Shown here: positions 20,215-30,136 of the stretch, piece after piece
Layout: each line of letters begins with the position of its first letter
Position numbering within the stretch: the stretch's first letter is position 1
Source of the DNA: Desulfatiglandales bacterium
GTDB lineage: Bacteria; Desulfobacterota; DSM-4660; Desulfatiglandales; Desulfatiglandaceae
Direction of reading: 5' to 3'
Length of the DNA: 64,000 nucleotides
Assembly (NCBI GenBank): GCA_963662465.1
Contig: OY759599.1
Coordinates: 4,256,001 to 4,320,000, forward strand
Notes under the pieces: model-generated
What the model was told of the DNA's origin: nothing
Seen by the model: the letters and a program-made list of their open reading frames with translations, nothing else
Databases searched by the model: none
Translations under genes and position numbers: made by a program

Positions 20215-21036
20215 CTACCTCCTTGTGGAATACAGATCATCTTCACCCAGGTACGCCTTAATGACAGCGGGATTCTGCTGAACCTCTTCAGGCGTTCCAT
20301 CCGTAATCTGAACCCCGAAATTCAACACATTGACGCGGTTGGAAATATCCATCACCACCCCCATGTCATGCTCCACCAGGATACAGGTCACCCGCCATCG
20401 TTTTTCTTCGTTGATATCCAGAATAAAGCGAGCCATATCTTCCACTTCTTCCAGATTCAATCCCGCCAGCGGTTCATCCAGCAACAACAGTTCGGGATTC
20501 AAGGCCAGGGCCCTTCCCAGTTCAACGCGCTTTTGAAGCCCATAGGGAAGCATGTGCGCGGACTGGTCCCGAATGCTTTGAATCTCGAGGAGATCAATAA
20601 TCTCCTCTTCGATGAACTGCCTGGAAGCCACCTCTTCCCGTTTGGTTTTACCCACATATATGGACCCGCTCACGATGCCGCTCTTAAGGTGGATGTGTCT
20701 TCCCAGACGAATATTATCAAGGACCGTCATCCCCCCAAACAGTTCCAGTTTCTGGAAGGTCCGGGAGAGCCCCCGTTCTGCCCGCTGAAAAGGCCTTAAA
20801 TCATTGACCCGTTCCCCCTTCAGATATATGTTGCCTTTCTGGGGTTTGTACAGGCCATTGATACAGTTCATCATGACCGTCTTGCCGGCGCCGTTTGGAC
20901 CGATAATCGAATGAATCTCCCCCTTTTTCACTTCCAGATTCACACCGGCCAGCGCAGCCACTTTACCGAAAGACATATGAACGTCTTCAAGTTTCAAGAT
21001 GGTGTCGCCCTCTTTGATTTGCCCCCCCTGAACCAT
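20215..21036 (-). CDS. Liv-type ABC transporter ATP-binding protein (LivG-like)
   Basis: GPNGAGKT, LPYGLQKRVELGRAL, LLLDEPLAG, VEHDM. Confidence 0.92.
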   Translation of the reverse strand: MVQGGQIKEGDTILKLEDVHMSFGKVAALAGVNLEVKKGEIHSIIGPNGAGKTVMMNCINGLYKPQKGNIYLKGERVNDLRPFQRAERGLSRTFQKLELFGGMTVLDNIRLGRHIHLKSGIVSGSIYVGKTKREEVASRQFIEEEIIDLLEIQSIRDQSAHMLPYGLQKRVELGRALALNPELLLLDEPLAGLNLEEVEDMARFILDINEEKRWRVTCILVEHDMGVVMDISNRVNVLNFGVQITDGTPEEVQQNPAVIKAYLGEDDLYSTRR

Positions 21037-21567
21037 AATAACAGGCCTCCATTTGGTGAAATGATAGGGTATTACTTCTTTGCTGCTTTTTTTCTTTGAA
21101 TACTAAATATCGGGTCGGCAGTTCTCAAATACAGGCAAACCGCAACCCTGAATGGATTGGACCATGAAAAAGGCACATTCACCCCTAATTTTAAACCCAA
21201 CACAACGGACAAGCTTCCCCAACCCGGTCATCTCCCCAAAACTGACGAGATCACGAATACAGTCCTAACCTGCACAAAAAAGTATTTCCGTCGGCAAACT
21301 TTCGGTCTATCGAATTTCTGACTATGGGCGATTTATCTCATGCCAAAGTGCAGCAGGCAGAGTTTGAATGATGTTGCAAAGATTTCGAAGCATAAAATTT
21401 CGTACAGCAGAGTTCTGAGTTTCTAACCCAATTCTCATTATTTTCAGTGAAAATATTATGTTCATAGTGCGAATTTATTTGACAGGAATTTTGAAATTTA
21501 AAGGGTCAGTACCCCAAATGTGGATACAGCATTACTCTCTTGTTAACCGTTTGTCAACCCGTTTTCA

Positions 21568-21608
21568 GAGAAAATTCGGGGGATACTTGAGGGACCCCCG
21601 AATTTCTC
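21568..21608 (-). terminator. Inverted repeat downstream of the HD-domain gene (probable terminator)
   Basis: gagaaaattcggggg ... cccccgaatttctc. Confidence 0.5.
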
Positions 21609-21641
21609 AAGCACACGTTGCCCCATAAAGAACAACCCTCA

Positions 21642-22811
21642 CTAAAAGAGTGTGTTTTTTGTTTTTGGGATCAGGTGCTTATAGCATTGATCCATAAAAA
21701 ACTCATCGGTCATACCGGCGATAAAATCCCTGACCATGCCCGCCGCCGGCGTTTTAACGCGATAGTCAGCAGACATTTTTTCCAAGAATTCCTCATAAAT
21801 AAAAGAATCCTGTCCGTTTTTTTCAAGGTCCCCGTAAAGTTTTTCAAACAAAAGCGAAAACATGAGTTGAACCTTGGACGTCTGCTGCTTGACCTGAGCA
21901 TTTTTGTAAATGCGTTCCCTGTTAAACATTTTCAATTCCTTCAAAGCATCTCCCACACGGACGCTAAAGCTTAAACCTGGCTGATCCAGGCTGTTGGCAA
22001 CAAGATCCTCGACAAGATTGTAAACAATGGTGCCGTTGCTGTTTCCCAGCACGGACCGGCAACCCTCGGGAATATCCTGCCGTTGAATTAACCCTAGTCG
22101 AATGGCGTCCTCAATGTCCCTGCCGATGTAACTGATGGTGTCGGCCATCCTGACCACACAACCTTCGAGGGTCATGGGGAAAACGTCAAGGGATGGGTTT
22201 TTCGCCTTTTTTTCCATTTGCCGCGTAAAAATGCCAAAGTCTTTCTCTTTTTCGGGCTTCAGAAACCGGGAATGTAGTTCACCGTCGTGGCAAAAAATGC
22301 CATCAAGGACCTGCAGGGAAAGATTGCAACCCTTCCCTTTCTTCTCGATATCCTCCAGAAATCTTACGCTTTGGATGTTGTGGAGAAAGGGACCCACGCC
22401 ATGAGCCTCGCAGAGTTCGGAAAGGAAGCGTTCCCCATCATGGCCAAAGGGCGTATGGCCGATGTCGTGACCCAGCGCGATGGCCTCCGTCAAATCTTCA
22501 TTAAGCCGGAGGAGCCGGGAAACCGTTCTGGCGATCTTGCTGACCAGTTGTACGTGCAACACACGATGGGTAATGTGATCATTTTTGATGAGATAAAAAA
22601 CCTGGGTCTTATCAATATATCTGGAATAGGCCAGGGAATGAAGGATTCGGTCCGTATCGAGTGAAAAGTTCTGCCGGTGCCCCCGCGAAATCCGCTCTTC
22701 ATTTTTCCTTCTCACGGCATCGCTGCTGAAACAGGCCCAGGGAGAAAGAATTTCCCGCTCTTTTTCATCCAGCCTCCGCCTGAGATCTAAAAGCCGCTGT
22801 TCGTACGTCAC
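21642..22811 (-). CDS. HD-domain dNTP triphosphohydrolase (dGTPase-like)
   Basis: DTDRILHS, KTQVF, HRVLH, LGHDIGHTPFGHDGE, ADTISY, DFIAGMTD. Confidence 0.88.
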   Translation of the reverse strand: MTYEQRLLDLRRRLDEKEREILSPWACFSSDAVRRKNEERISRGHRQNFSLDTDRILHSLAYSRYIDKTQVFYLIKNDHITHRVLHVQLVSKIARTVSRLLRLNEDLTEAIALGHDIGHTPFGHDGERFLSELCEAHGVGPFLHNIQSVRFLEDIEKKGKGCNLSLQVLDGIFCHDGELHSRFLKPEKEKDFGIFTRQMEKKAKNPSLDVFPMTLEGCVVRMADTISYIGRDIEDAIRLGLIQRQDIPEGCRSVLGNSNGTIVYNLVEDLVANSLDQPGLSFSVRVGDALKELKMFNRERIYKNAQVKQQTSKVQLMFSLLFEKLYGDLEKNGQDSFIYEEFLEKMSADYRVKTPAAGMVRDFIAGMTDEFFMDQCYKHLIPKTKNTLF

Positions 22812-23054
22812 GCCTCAAAGCCCTCCATTTTTCGGTTTTCAATCCTGAATATTCCAGTCGATAAAACTTTTTTCTTGCAAAAAACAAATACCGATAGTAT
22901 TAATCTTAGTTCATTAAATTCAGGGACCCACGTGCAGTGGGTCATAAAACAGACGCTCATCCGCGCCAGGCGAAAAAAATTGAGTAGGGCGCTATGAGTT
23001 GCTGCGGATCATACCAAGACGGTAACATTAGCTCAAGGGCATATTTTATGTCCT

Positions 23055-23207
23055 TCAAAACACAGGCTCGGATTATTGCCAGGTGCCCTTTAAAATCGCG
23101 GTAATGCTTGCAGTACGAGTAACCCAGGCGAAAGCAGGTGCAAAATATTCCGGGCCGAGGGAAAACCGGCATAGAGATCAAAACGAGATCTCGAAAAGGA
23201 GAGAAAA
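23055..23207 (+). promoter_or_regulatory. rpsB 5' leader (probable S2 autogenous control element)
   Basis: ACACAGGC...GATT...GGTGCC segment resembling rpsB-leader motifs; sigma70-like TTGCAA-17-TATTAA near 22875-22903 implies a ~300-nt UTR. Confidence 0.5.
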
Positions 23208-24065
23208 ATGTCAGCCATCAACATGAAACAGCTTCTGGAAGCAGGGGTCCATTTCGGACATCAAACAAGGCGTTGGAACCCCAAAATGAAACCCTATATA
23301 TTTGGGGCGCGAAATGGAATTCACATCATTGATCTTCAAAAAACCGTCAGGCTCTTTAATACCGCCTACGATTTTATCATAAAAACGGTTGCCGACGGCT
23401 ATCCGGTGCTGTTTGTGGGAACCAAGAAACAGGGACATGACGCCGTCATTGAGGAAAGCGAACGGTGCGGTATGTTTTTCATGGTTAACCGCTGGCTGGG
23501 CGGCACGCTGACCAATTTCCAGACCATCAAAAAGAGCATCACCCGGTTGAAAGATCTTGAAAGGATGAAAGAAGACGGGTCCATCAACCGATATACCAAA
23601 AAAGAAATCCTTAAAATGGAAAAGGAACTTTCCAAGCTTGAAAAAAACCTTGGGGGCATCAAAAATATGGACGAGATTCCCGGGGCCGTTTTTGTCGTTG
23701 ACCCCAAAAGGGAAAAAATTGCCGTCAAAGAAGCCAGGAAGCTCGGCATACCCGTGGTTGCCATTGCCGATTCCAATTGTGATCCGGACGATATTGATCT
23801 GATCATCCCGGGAAATGACGACGCCATTCGCGCCATCCGACTCATCACCTCTAAAATTGCCGATGCTTGCATAGAGGGCCATGCCATTGCCGAACAGCGG
23901 CTAAAAGCCAAGGACCAGCTGAAAAAAGAGCAGGAGACGGTGGCCGTTGAAGAAAAGGCTGAAGCTTCAGCAGGTGAAGATGGCGGTCCTGAAGTTATTA
24001 TCCTTCCAAAAACAGACGCGGCTTCCGTAAATTTAAATGAGTCGGCAGCCCCTGAAAACAAGTAG
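23208..24065 (+). CDS. rpsB: 30S ribosomal protein S2
   Basis: [39 protein letters not shown]. Confidence 0.98.
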   Translation: MSAINMKQLLEAGVHFGHQTRRWNPKMKPYIFGARNGIHIIDLQKTVRLFNTAYDFIIKTVADGYPVLFVGTKKQGHDAVIEESERCGMFFMVNRWLGGTLTNFQTIKKSITRLKDLERMKEDGSINRYTKKEILKMEKELSKLEKNLGGIKNMDEIPGAVFVVDPKREKIAVKEARKLGIPVVAIADSNCDPDDIDLIIPGNDDAIRAIRLITSKIADACIEGHAIAEQRLKAKDQLKKEQETVAVEEKAEASAGEDGGPEVIILPKTDAASVNLNESAAPENK

Positions 24066-24096
24066 ATTAAATAAAAATAAGCAAGGGAGATAAAAA

Positions 24097-24690
24097 TTGG
24101 CGATATCCGCTACATTAATTAAAGAGTTAAGAGAAAAGACAGGCGTGGGGATTATGGACTGCAAGGCCTCCCTGATTGAATGCGACGGCGATCTTGAAAA
24201 AGCGGTGGATCACCTGAGAAAAAAAGGCATCGCAACGGCTAAGAAGCGTGGCGGACGCGAAACAAGTCAGGGTCAGGTTCAGTCCTATATCCATTCCGGC
24301 GGCAAAATCGGCGTCCTGGTGGAAGCCAACTGCGAAACGGATTTCACGGGGAAGACGGATGATTTCACGTCTTTTGTGAAGGATGTTGCCATGCAGATTG
24401 CAGCAACAAACCCCATTGCCATCGGTCGTGAAAGCGTGCCCGAGGATGTCCTGGAAAAAGAGAAGGAAATTTATACCTCCCAGGCCAAAGATTCAGGCAA
24501 ACCGGAAAAAGTCATTGAAAAAATCGTCGAGGGAAAATTGAAGAAATTTTTCTCGGAAGCGTGTCTCCTGGAACAGACCTTTGTCAAGAATTCTGACATT
24601 ACCATCCAGGATCTGGTAAATGAACTCATTGCGAAGACCGGCGAAAACGTTGTTATCAAGCGGTTTTCGAGATTCCAGTTGGGAGATTGA
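24097..24690 (+). CDS. tsf: Elongation factor Ts (short form)
   Basis: IKELREKTGVGIMDCK, EANCETDF, FSRFQLG; TTG start; 197 aa. Confidence 0.96.
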   Translation: MAISATLIKELREKTGVGIMDCKASLIECDGDLEKAVDHLRKKGIATAKKRGGRETSQGQVQSYIHSGGKIGVLVEANCETDFTGKTDDFTSFVKDVAMQIAATNPIAIGRESVPEDVLEKEKEIYTSQAKDSGKPEKVIEKIVEGKLKKFFSEACLLEQTFVKNSDITIQDLVNELIAKTGENVVIKRFSRFQLGD

Positions 24691-24715
24691 GATAACAACT
24701 GACGGGAGAAGCGTC

Positions 24716-25273
24716 ATGAAAGAAGAGATCCTTTCCGAACTCCGCCAAAAGATGAACAAGGCCGTCGATGCCCTAAAAAAAGACTTCCGCAAAATCAGAA
24801 CCGGAAGGGCTTCCACGGCCTTGCTTGACGGCATCAAAGTCGAGTGCTATGGCACGGCAATGCCCCTTGACCAGGTTGCCACCATATCCGCTCCTGAAAG
24901 CCGCCTACTCACCATCCAGCCCTGGGATCAAACAATCATGGGGAGCGTTGAGAAAAGCATCCTGAAATCCGAATTGGGGCTCACGCCCATGAATGACGGA
25001 AAAATTATTCGAATATCCATCCCCCCCCTGACCGAGGAAAGGCGAAAAGAACTGGCAAAACTGGCCAGGAAAATGGCGGAAGACAACAAAATTTCAGTCC
25101 GGAATCTCAGGCGGGAAGCCAATGACATGTTCAAGGAGATGAAGGCTGAAAAAGAGATATCCGAAGACGAACTTTATCGGTCCCAGGACGACGTTCAGAA
25201 AATAACCGATGAATTTATCAAAAAAGTGGATGAAACAACCACTCAAAAAGAGCAGGAGATCATTGAATTCTGA
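24716..25273 (+). CDS. frr: Ribosome recycling factor
   Basis: Start MKEEILSELRQKM; IRTGRAS, IPPLTEERRKEL. Confidence 0.96.
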   Translation: MKEEILSELRQKMNKAVDALKKDFRKIRTGRASTALLDGIKVECYGTAMPLDQVATISAPESRLLTIQPWDQTIMGSVEKSILKSELGLTPMNDGKIIRISIPPLTEERRKELAKLARKMAEDNKISVRNLRREANDMFKEMKAEKEISEDELYRSQDDVQKITDEFIKKVDETTTQKEQEIIEF

Positions 25274-25276
25274 TAC

Positions 25277-26005
25277 ATGACATCAAAGCCAAATAAAGAA
25301 GGCCTGCCCAGGCATGTGGCCATCATCATGGATGGAAACGGGCGGTGGGCCGAGAATAAAACACTTCACCGTGTTCGGGGACATCAGAAGGGAGCGGAAT
25401 CCGTCAGGAAAATTGTCACCCTGAGCCGGGAACTGGGCATCCAATGGCTGACCCTTTATGCTTTTTCAGAGGAAAATTGGAAAAGACCCACTCATGAAGT
25501 CACTGCCCTCATGAAACTGCTGAAGCGTTTCCTGAAAGGCGAGCTGAAAGAAATGCAAGAAAATGGCATTCGACTGAATGCCATCGGCAGTATCGAAAAA
25601 CTGCCGGTCGACGTCAGAGAAGTCCTCCAGGAAACCATCCGCCAAACATCACGCAATACCAATATGGTTTTAACCCTGGCACTCAGTTATGGGGGACGTC
25701 AGGAAATTTTAAATGCCGTTCGGGACATTGTCCATAAAGTGCAGGCGGGCGAAATAAAGACCGCCGACATCACCGAAGCGCGTTTCTCAAATTCACTTTA
25801 TACGCGGGGAATGCCGGACCCGGATCTGCTCATCAGGACCAGCGGGGAATATCGGATCAGCAATTTCCTGCTCTGGCAGATTTCCTATAGTGAACTGTAC
25901 ATTACACCGACCCTCTGGCCCGATTTCGGGGAACAGGAATTTCTGATGGCATTGGCGGAATACCGGGGTAGGAACAGAAGATTTGGCGCAATCGGTGCGA
26001 GATAA
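25277..26005 (+). CDS. uppS: Undecaprenyl diphosphate synthase
   Basis: HVAIIMDGNGRWA, YAFSEENWKRP, PDLLIRTSGEYRISNFLLWQ. Confidence 0.96.
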   Translation: MTSKPNKEGLPRHVAIIMDGNGRWAENKTLHRVRGHQKGAESVRKIVTLSRELGIQWLTLYAFSEENWKRPTHEVTALMKLLKRFLKGELKEMQENGIRLNAIGSIEKLPVDVREVLQETIRQTSRNTNMVLTLALSYGGRQEILNAVRDIVHKVQAGEIKTADITEARFSNSLYTRGMPDPDLLIRTSGEYRISNFLLWQISYSELYITPTLWPDFGEQEFLMALAEYRGRNRRFGAIGAR

Positions 26006-26032
26006 CCGGGATCACTGGAGTTTGAGTTAATA

Positions 26033-26830
26033 ATGCACCTGAAACGATGGCTTACCGGCATCATTGCTGTGCCGGTTCTGATTTTCCTTATCGGTTTTGG
26101 ACCCAGATGGCTGTTTTACGCCGTGCTTTGTCTTGCGGGACTTATGGGGCTTTGGGAATACTATGGTATCGCCGGCATCCGTCTTCCCGCAACGATCAAA
26201 TGGGCCGGCAGTGTACTGGTGGTGCTGCTCTTTGCCGTCGTTTACATGAGACAGGCATTACTTTTACCCGGCATTATTGTCTTATGGGCATTTTTCCCCA
26301 TGGCCCTGGAAGTGTTCACCTATTCTTCCACTCATGAAAGCAAACCGGAAATGGTCAGCATGGCGGCGTTACTGGGGCCGGTGTACACCGCCCTGCCCCT
26401 TGCGATGCTGGTGTTTATTGACATGCGCCCTCAGGGTCATCTGTGGATCTTTTTTCTGCTGACCGTGGTTTTTGCCTGCGACACCGGCGCCTTCTATTTC
26501 GGCAGGACATTCGGGAAACACAAGCTCCATAAGCGCGTAAGCCCCGGAAAAACCTGGGAAGGCGCCGGGGGCGGCTTATTCAGCAGTCTGATGGCCGCCA
26601 TGCTGTTTCTTAAATTCATTGACCTTCATCCGTTCAATCTTTCACTGGTTCTGCTGGTCGTTCTACTCTCTACCGTCAGTCAGATCGGCGACCTGGCCGA
26701 ATCCCTATTGAAACGAAAACAGGGCGTTAAAGACTCGGGGGACATCCTTCCCGGACATGGCGGGATACTGGATCGCATCGATGGACTTCTATTTGCGATT
26801 CCGATCCTTTTTTTCTATCTGAATGTATAA
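26033..26830 (+). CDS. cdsA: Phosphatidate cytidylyltransferase
   Basis: DTGAFYFG, SPGKTWEG, GDLAESLLKR, KDSG..LPGHGGILDRIDG. Confidence 0.95.
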   Translation: MHLKRWLTGIIAVPVLIFLIGFGPRWLFYAVLCLAGLMGLWEYYGIAGIRLPATIKWAGSVLVVLLFAVVYMRQALLLPGIIVLWAFFPMALEVFTYSSTHESKPEMVSMAALLGPVYTALPLAMLVFIDMRPQGHLWIFFLLTVVFACDTGAFYFGRTFGKHKLHKRVSPGKTWEGAGGGLFSSLMAAMLFLKFIDLHPFNLSLVLLVVLLSTVSQIGDLAESLLKRKQGVKDSGDILPGHGGILDRIDGLLFAIPILFFYLNV

Positions 26831-26875
26831 TAAAGGTTCACTGTTGAACAACCGGAAGCCAAGGGGAAAATCATA

Positions 26876-28039
26876 ATGAAAAATCTAAGCATATTGGGTT
26901 CAACGGGGTCCATCGGTGTAAACGCGCTTAAGGTAGCCTCTGCCCACCCGGACAAATATCATGTTATCGCCCTTTCAGCCGGCAAAAACATTGACCTTCT
27001 GCTCAAACAGATAGAGAGGTTCAAACCGAAAGCCGTTGCCGTTTTAAATGAGTCCCTCGCCATGGATCTCAAAAGAAAACTGACCGGCAGTTCTTTACCC
27101 GAAATACTTTACGGACCCGAGGGATTCAAATATGTGGCAACCCTTGGTCCGGTGGATACCGTCATTTCCGCCATAACCGGCGCAGCGGGTCTCATACCCA
27201 CCTATGAAGGCATCAAGGCAGGGAAAAACATTGCCTTGGCCAATAAGGAAACCATGGTCATGGCAGGCCCTCTGGTCCTTGCCGAAGCGAAAAGACAGTG
27301 CGTTTCCATTTTACCCGTCGACAGTGAACACAGCGCCATATTTCAATCCCTTCAGGGCCATGAAAAGGAAGATCTTAATCGCGTCATCCTCACTGCCTCA
27401 GGCGGCCCCTTCAGAAACCTGTCCCTGAAAGAAATGGCCCACGTGACCGTTTCGCAGGCACTGAAACATCCCAATTGGGAAATGGGCTCGAAAATCACCA
27501 TTGATTCGGCCACCATGATGAACAAAGGTCTTGAAATTATCGAAGCAAAATGGTTGTTCGATCTGCAAATGGAACAAATCGACGTTCTCATTCACCCCCA
27601 GAGCATCATTCATTCCATGGTTGAATACAAGGACGGTTCCATCATCAGTCAAATGGGCATCCCGAGCATGATGATTCCTATTGCCTATGCCCTTAGCTAT
27701 CCCAGGCACATTAAAACCGGCCTCCCCCCCCTCGAACTGGAAAAAGCAGGTCCCCTCAGTTTTCAAAAACCGGACCTTCTTCGATTCAAATGCCTGGCGC
27801 TGGCGCTCAAAGCCGCGGCAGCCGGAGGGAGCATGCCCGCCGTATTAAACGGCGCCAATGAAATCGCCGTGGATGCCTTTTTAAAAGAAAAAATCGGATT
27901 CCTGGATATCCCGGAACTGATCGCGCAAACCATGGAAGCCCATCAACCGTATCCCATTGACCGAATTGAGTCGGTCATGGATGCCGACAGGTGGGCCCGT
28001 GAAAAGACGATCGCCAATCTTGTTGACAAAGAAACTTAA
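26876..28039 (+). CDS. dxr: 1-deoxy-D-xylulose-5-phosphate reductoisomerase
   Basis: LGSTGSIG, LANKETMV, PVDSEHSAIFQ, HPNWEMGSKITIDSATMMNKGLE. Confidence 0.97.
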   Translation: MKNLSILGSTGSIGVNALKVASAHPDKYHVIALSAGKNIDLLLKQIERFKPKAVAVLNESLAMDLKRKLTGSSLPEILYGPEGFKYVATLGPVDTVISAITGAAGLIPTYEGIKAGKNIALANKETMVMAGPLVLAEAKRQCVSILPVDSEHSAIFQSLQGHEKEDLNRVILTASGGPFRNLSLKEMAHVTVSQALKHPNWEMGSKITIDSATMMNKGLEIIEAKWLFDLQMEQIDVLIHPQSIIHSMVEYKDGSIISQMGIPSMMIPIAYALSYPRHIKTGLPPLELEKAGPLSFQKPDLLRFKCLALALKAAAAGGSMPAVLNGANEIAVDAFLKEKIGFLDIPELIAQTMEAHQPYPIDRIESVMDADRWAREKTIANLVDKET

Positions 28040-28064
28040 AACCTAAAACTTAAAACTTAAAACC
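28031..28064 (+). repeat. Heptamer tandem repeat TAAAAC(T/C) x4 spanning the dxr stop
   Basis: TAAAACC TAAAACT TAAAACT TAAAACC; reverse complement of the unit at 2953-2987. Confidence 0.85.
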
Positions 28065-28104
28065 GTGCCTGAACGAGGTTTTCATTCAGACACCAGGTAA
28101 CCCC

Positions 28105-29184
28105 ATGCATTATTTTATTGACTACGTTCTTCCCTTCCTGATTGTTCTGGGAGTTTTAATTTTTTTCCATGAGCTGGGACATTTCCTCGTTGCCAAGTAT
28201 TTCGGGATAAAGGTTCTCAAGTTTTCATTGGGTTTCGGACCAAAGCTGGTCGGGAAAAAAATAGGTGAGACCGAATACCTCATTTCCGCCGTTCCTCTGG
28301 GCGGCTATGTGAAAATGCTCGGCGAAAACGGTGATGATGAAGACCCCGTTTCTCCCGAAGATGAAGCAAAATCTTTCAGTCATAAACCCGCCATTCAACG
28401 CATCGCGGTTGTGGCCGCCGGGCCGATTTTCAACCTTCTGCTGGCCCTGCTCATTTTTTTCGGTTCTTATGCCGTTACCGGCATGCAAGTCCTGACCACT
28501 GAAATCGGCGAGGTACGACAAGGGTCGCCGGCAAACAATGCAGGCCTTCAAAAGGGCGATCTGATTCTTGCGCTTGACGATAAAGATACGAGCACCTGGC
28601 CCCAGCTCAAAGAAATGGTCCAGGACAATCAAGGGGAGGCGATCCGCGTAACCCTTGAGCGAAAAGGAGACGTCATAACAGTTACCATCGTTCCCGAAAT
28701 GAGCGTGGTCAAAAACATCTTTGGGGAAGAAATCAGCACACCGCTTTTGGGCATTGTCTCGGCCGGAACCTTCAGGGAAATCAAACTGAACATTTTCGGG
28801 GCTGTCAGAGAAGGATTTCTGAAAACATGGGAAATCATCAAGCTGACCTGTTTGACGGTTGTCAAGCTGTTTCAGGGAATCGTACCGCTAAAAACCCTTG
28901 GGGGTCCCATTCTGATCGGCCAAATGACCGGTGAACTGGCCAAGGAAAGCTGGGCTTATCTGATTCCCTTTACCGGCGTTATCAGCATAAACCTCGGCAT
29001 TTTGAACCTTCTGCCCGTGCCGATTCTTGACGGCGGCTTCATTATCTTTCTTTTGATTGAACTGATAATCGGACGTCCCCTGAATATCAAAAAGCGTGAA
29101 TTCGCGCAAAAATTCGGTATTGGCCTTCTCGTATTGCTCATGATCGTCGTTATTTATAACGATATCACAAGAATTTTGGGATAA
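28105..29184 (+). CDS. rseP: RIP metalloprotease RseP
   Basis: HELGH, PLGGYVKM, PDZ domain, NLLPVPILDGG. Confidence 0.95.
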   Translation: MHYFIDYVLPFLIVLGVLIFFHELGHFLVAKYFGIKVLKFSLGFGPKLVGKKIGETEYLISAVPLGGYVKMLGENGDDEDPVSPEDEAKSFSHKPAIQRIAVVAAGPIFNLLLALLIFFGSYAVTGMQVLTTEIGEVRQGSPANNAGLQKGDLILALDDKDTSTWPQLKEMVQDNQGEAIRVTLERKGDVITVTIVPEMSVVKNIFGEEISTPLLGIVSAGTFREIKLNIFGAVREGFLKTWEIIKLTCLTVVKLFQGIVPLKTLGGPILIGQMTGELAKESWAYLIPFTGVISINLGILNLLPVPILDGGFIIFLLIELIIGRPLNIKKREFAQKFGIGLLVLLMIVVIYNDITRILG

Positions 29185-29202
29185 AGGGTTTCGTTAAAGA
29201 CA

Positions 29203-29952
29203 ATGATTCTAGCCCTGAACACCTCTACTCAGCAATGCAGTATCGCACTGTTGCGGGGGGACGGCACTGTTGCATCGGAGGTGCTGATGTCCGGCGGAAA
29301 AGGACATTTTGGCGACCTCATGCCGGCCCTTGACATGCTGCTCCATACTTCCAGGTTCGCCCCCAAAGACATTAAAGGTGTTGCGGTTGCAACCGGCCCC
29401 GGCAGCTTTACCGGTCTTCGGGTGGGTCTTTCCCTGGCAAAAGGATTTTGCCAGGCGCTTCAGGTTCCTATCATCGGCATATCCAGCCTGAAGGCCATGG
29501 CCTTTCAAATGCCACACACACCTCACCCCATCGCTCCAATTATCGCCTCTAGGAAAGGAGAAGTGTTTACGGCCCTTTTTCGATGGGACCAGGGAAACCA
29601 ACTCAGGCGAAAGGAAAAAGACAATTGTTTTAAACTCAATGCCTTCCCTTCCCTGTTTACGAAAACCACGGTTTTCGTGGGAAACGACTACCGGAACCAG
29701 GTTGAAGCCCTGAGAGAATTGCTCGGGGGCCACGCCATGATGGCCCCGCCCCATTGCTGGCGCCTCAACGCCTCTTCGGTAGGTGCGTTGGCGCTTCACC
29801 GTTTTGATGCCGGTGATCTTGATGATCCCAACACGTTAACCCCCGTATATTTCAGGCCCCCTGACATACGTCCAAATCCGCTTTTACCGCTCCATCAATT
29901 ATCAGTTCACAGGGGGCAGGGGGCAGAGCCTTATATTGAACACCGATATTAA
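29203..29952 (+). CDS. tsaB: tRNA threonylcarbamoyladenosine biosynthesis protein TsaB
   Basis: MILALNTS, GPGSFTGLRVG, PVYFR. Confidence 0.9.
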   Translation: MILALNTSTQQCSIALLRGDGTVASEVLMSGGKGHFGDLMPALDMLLHTSRFAPKDIKGVAVATGPGSFTGLRVGLSLAKGFCQALQVPIIGISSLKAMAFQMPHTPHPIAPIIASRKGEVFTALFRWDQGNQLRRKEKDNCFKLNAFPSLFTKTTVFVGNDYRNQVEALRELLGGHAMMAPPHCWRLNASSVGALALHRFDAGDLDDPNTLTPVYFRPPDIRPNPLLPLHQLSVHRGQGAEPYIEHRY

Positions 29953-30035
29953 AAAAGAGTGCCTCAAATATACGGGTTGACTTCATTAGACCAAAGCTGT
30001 TTTTTTCTGCACCCTGACACCTGCACCCTGTGAAC
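29904..30035. repeat. Inverted heptamer-repeat arms (CAGGGGG / CTGCACC-like) at the tsaB 3' end
   Basis: gttcacagggggcagggggcaga ... tctgcaccctgacacctgcaccctgtgaac. Confidence 0.6.
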
Positions 30036-30136
30036 GATTACCTTTGAATTTACCCATGGCCGATAACGCCGTTGACAAGCGGTATCAAAAAAAATATAAC
30101 ATCGTCAACATTGCTTAATAATATGATTGGATCTAA

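Noticed and set aside
21325..21347. Sigma54 promoter (TGGCA on the minus strand) for the ABC operon
   Set aside because: No GC at the required -12 spacing.
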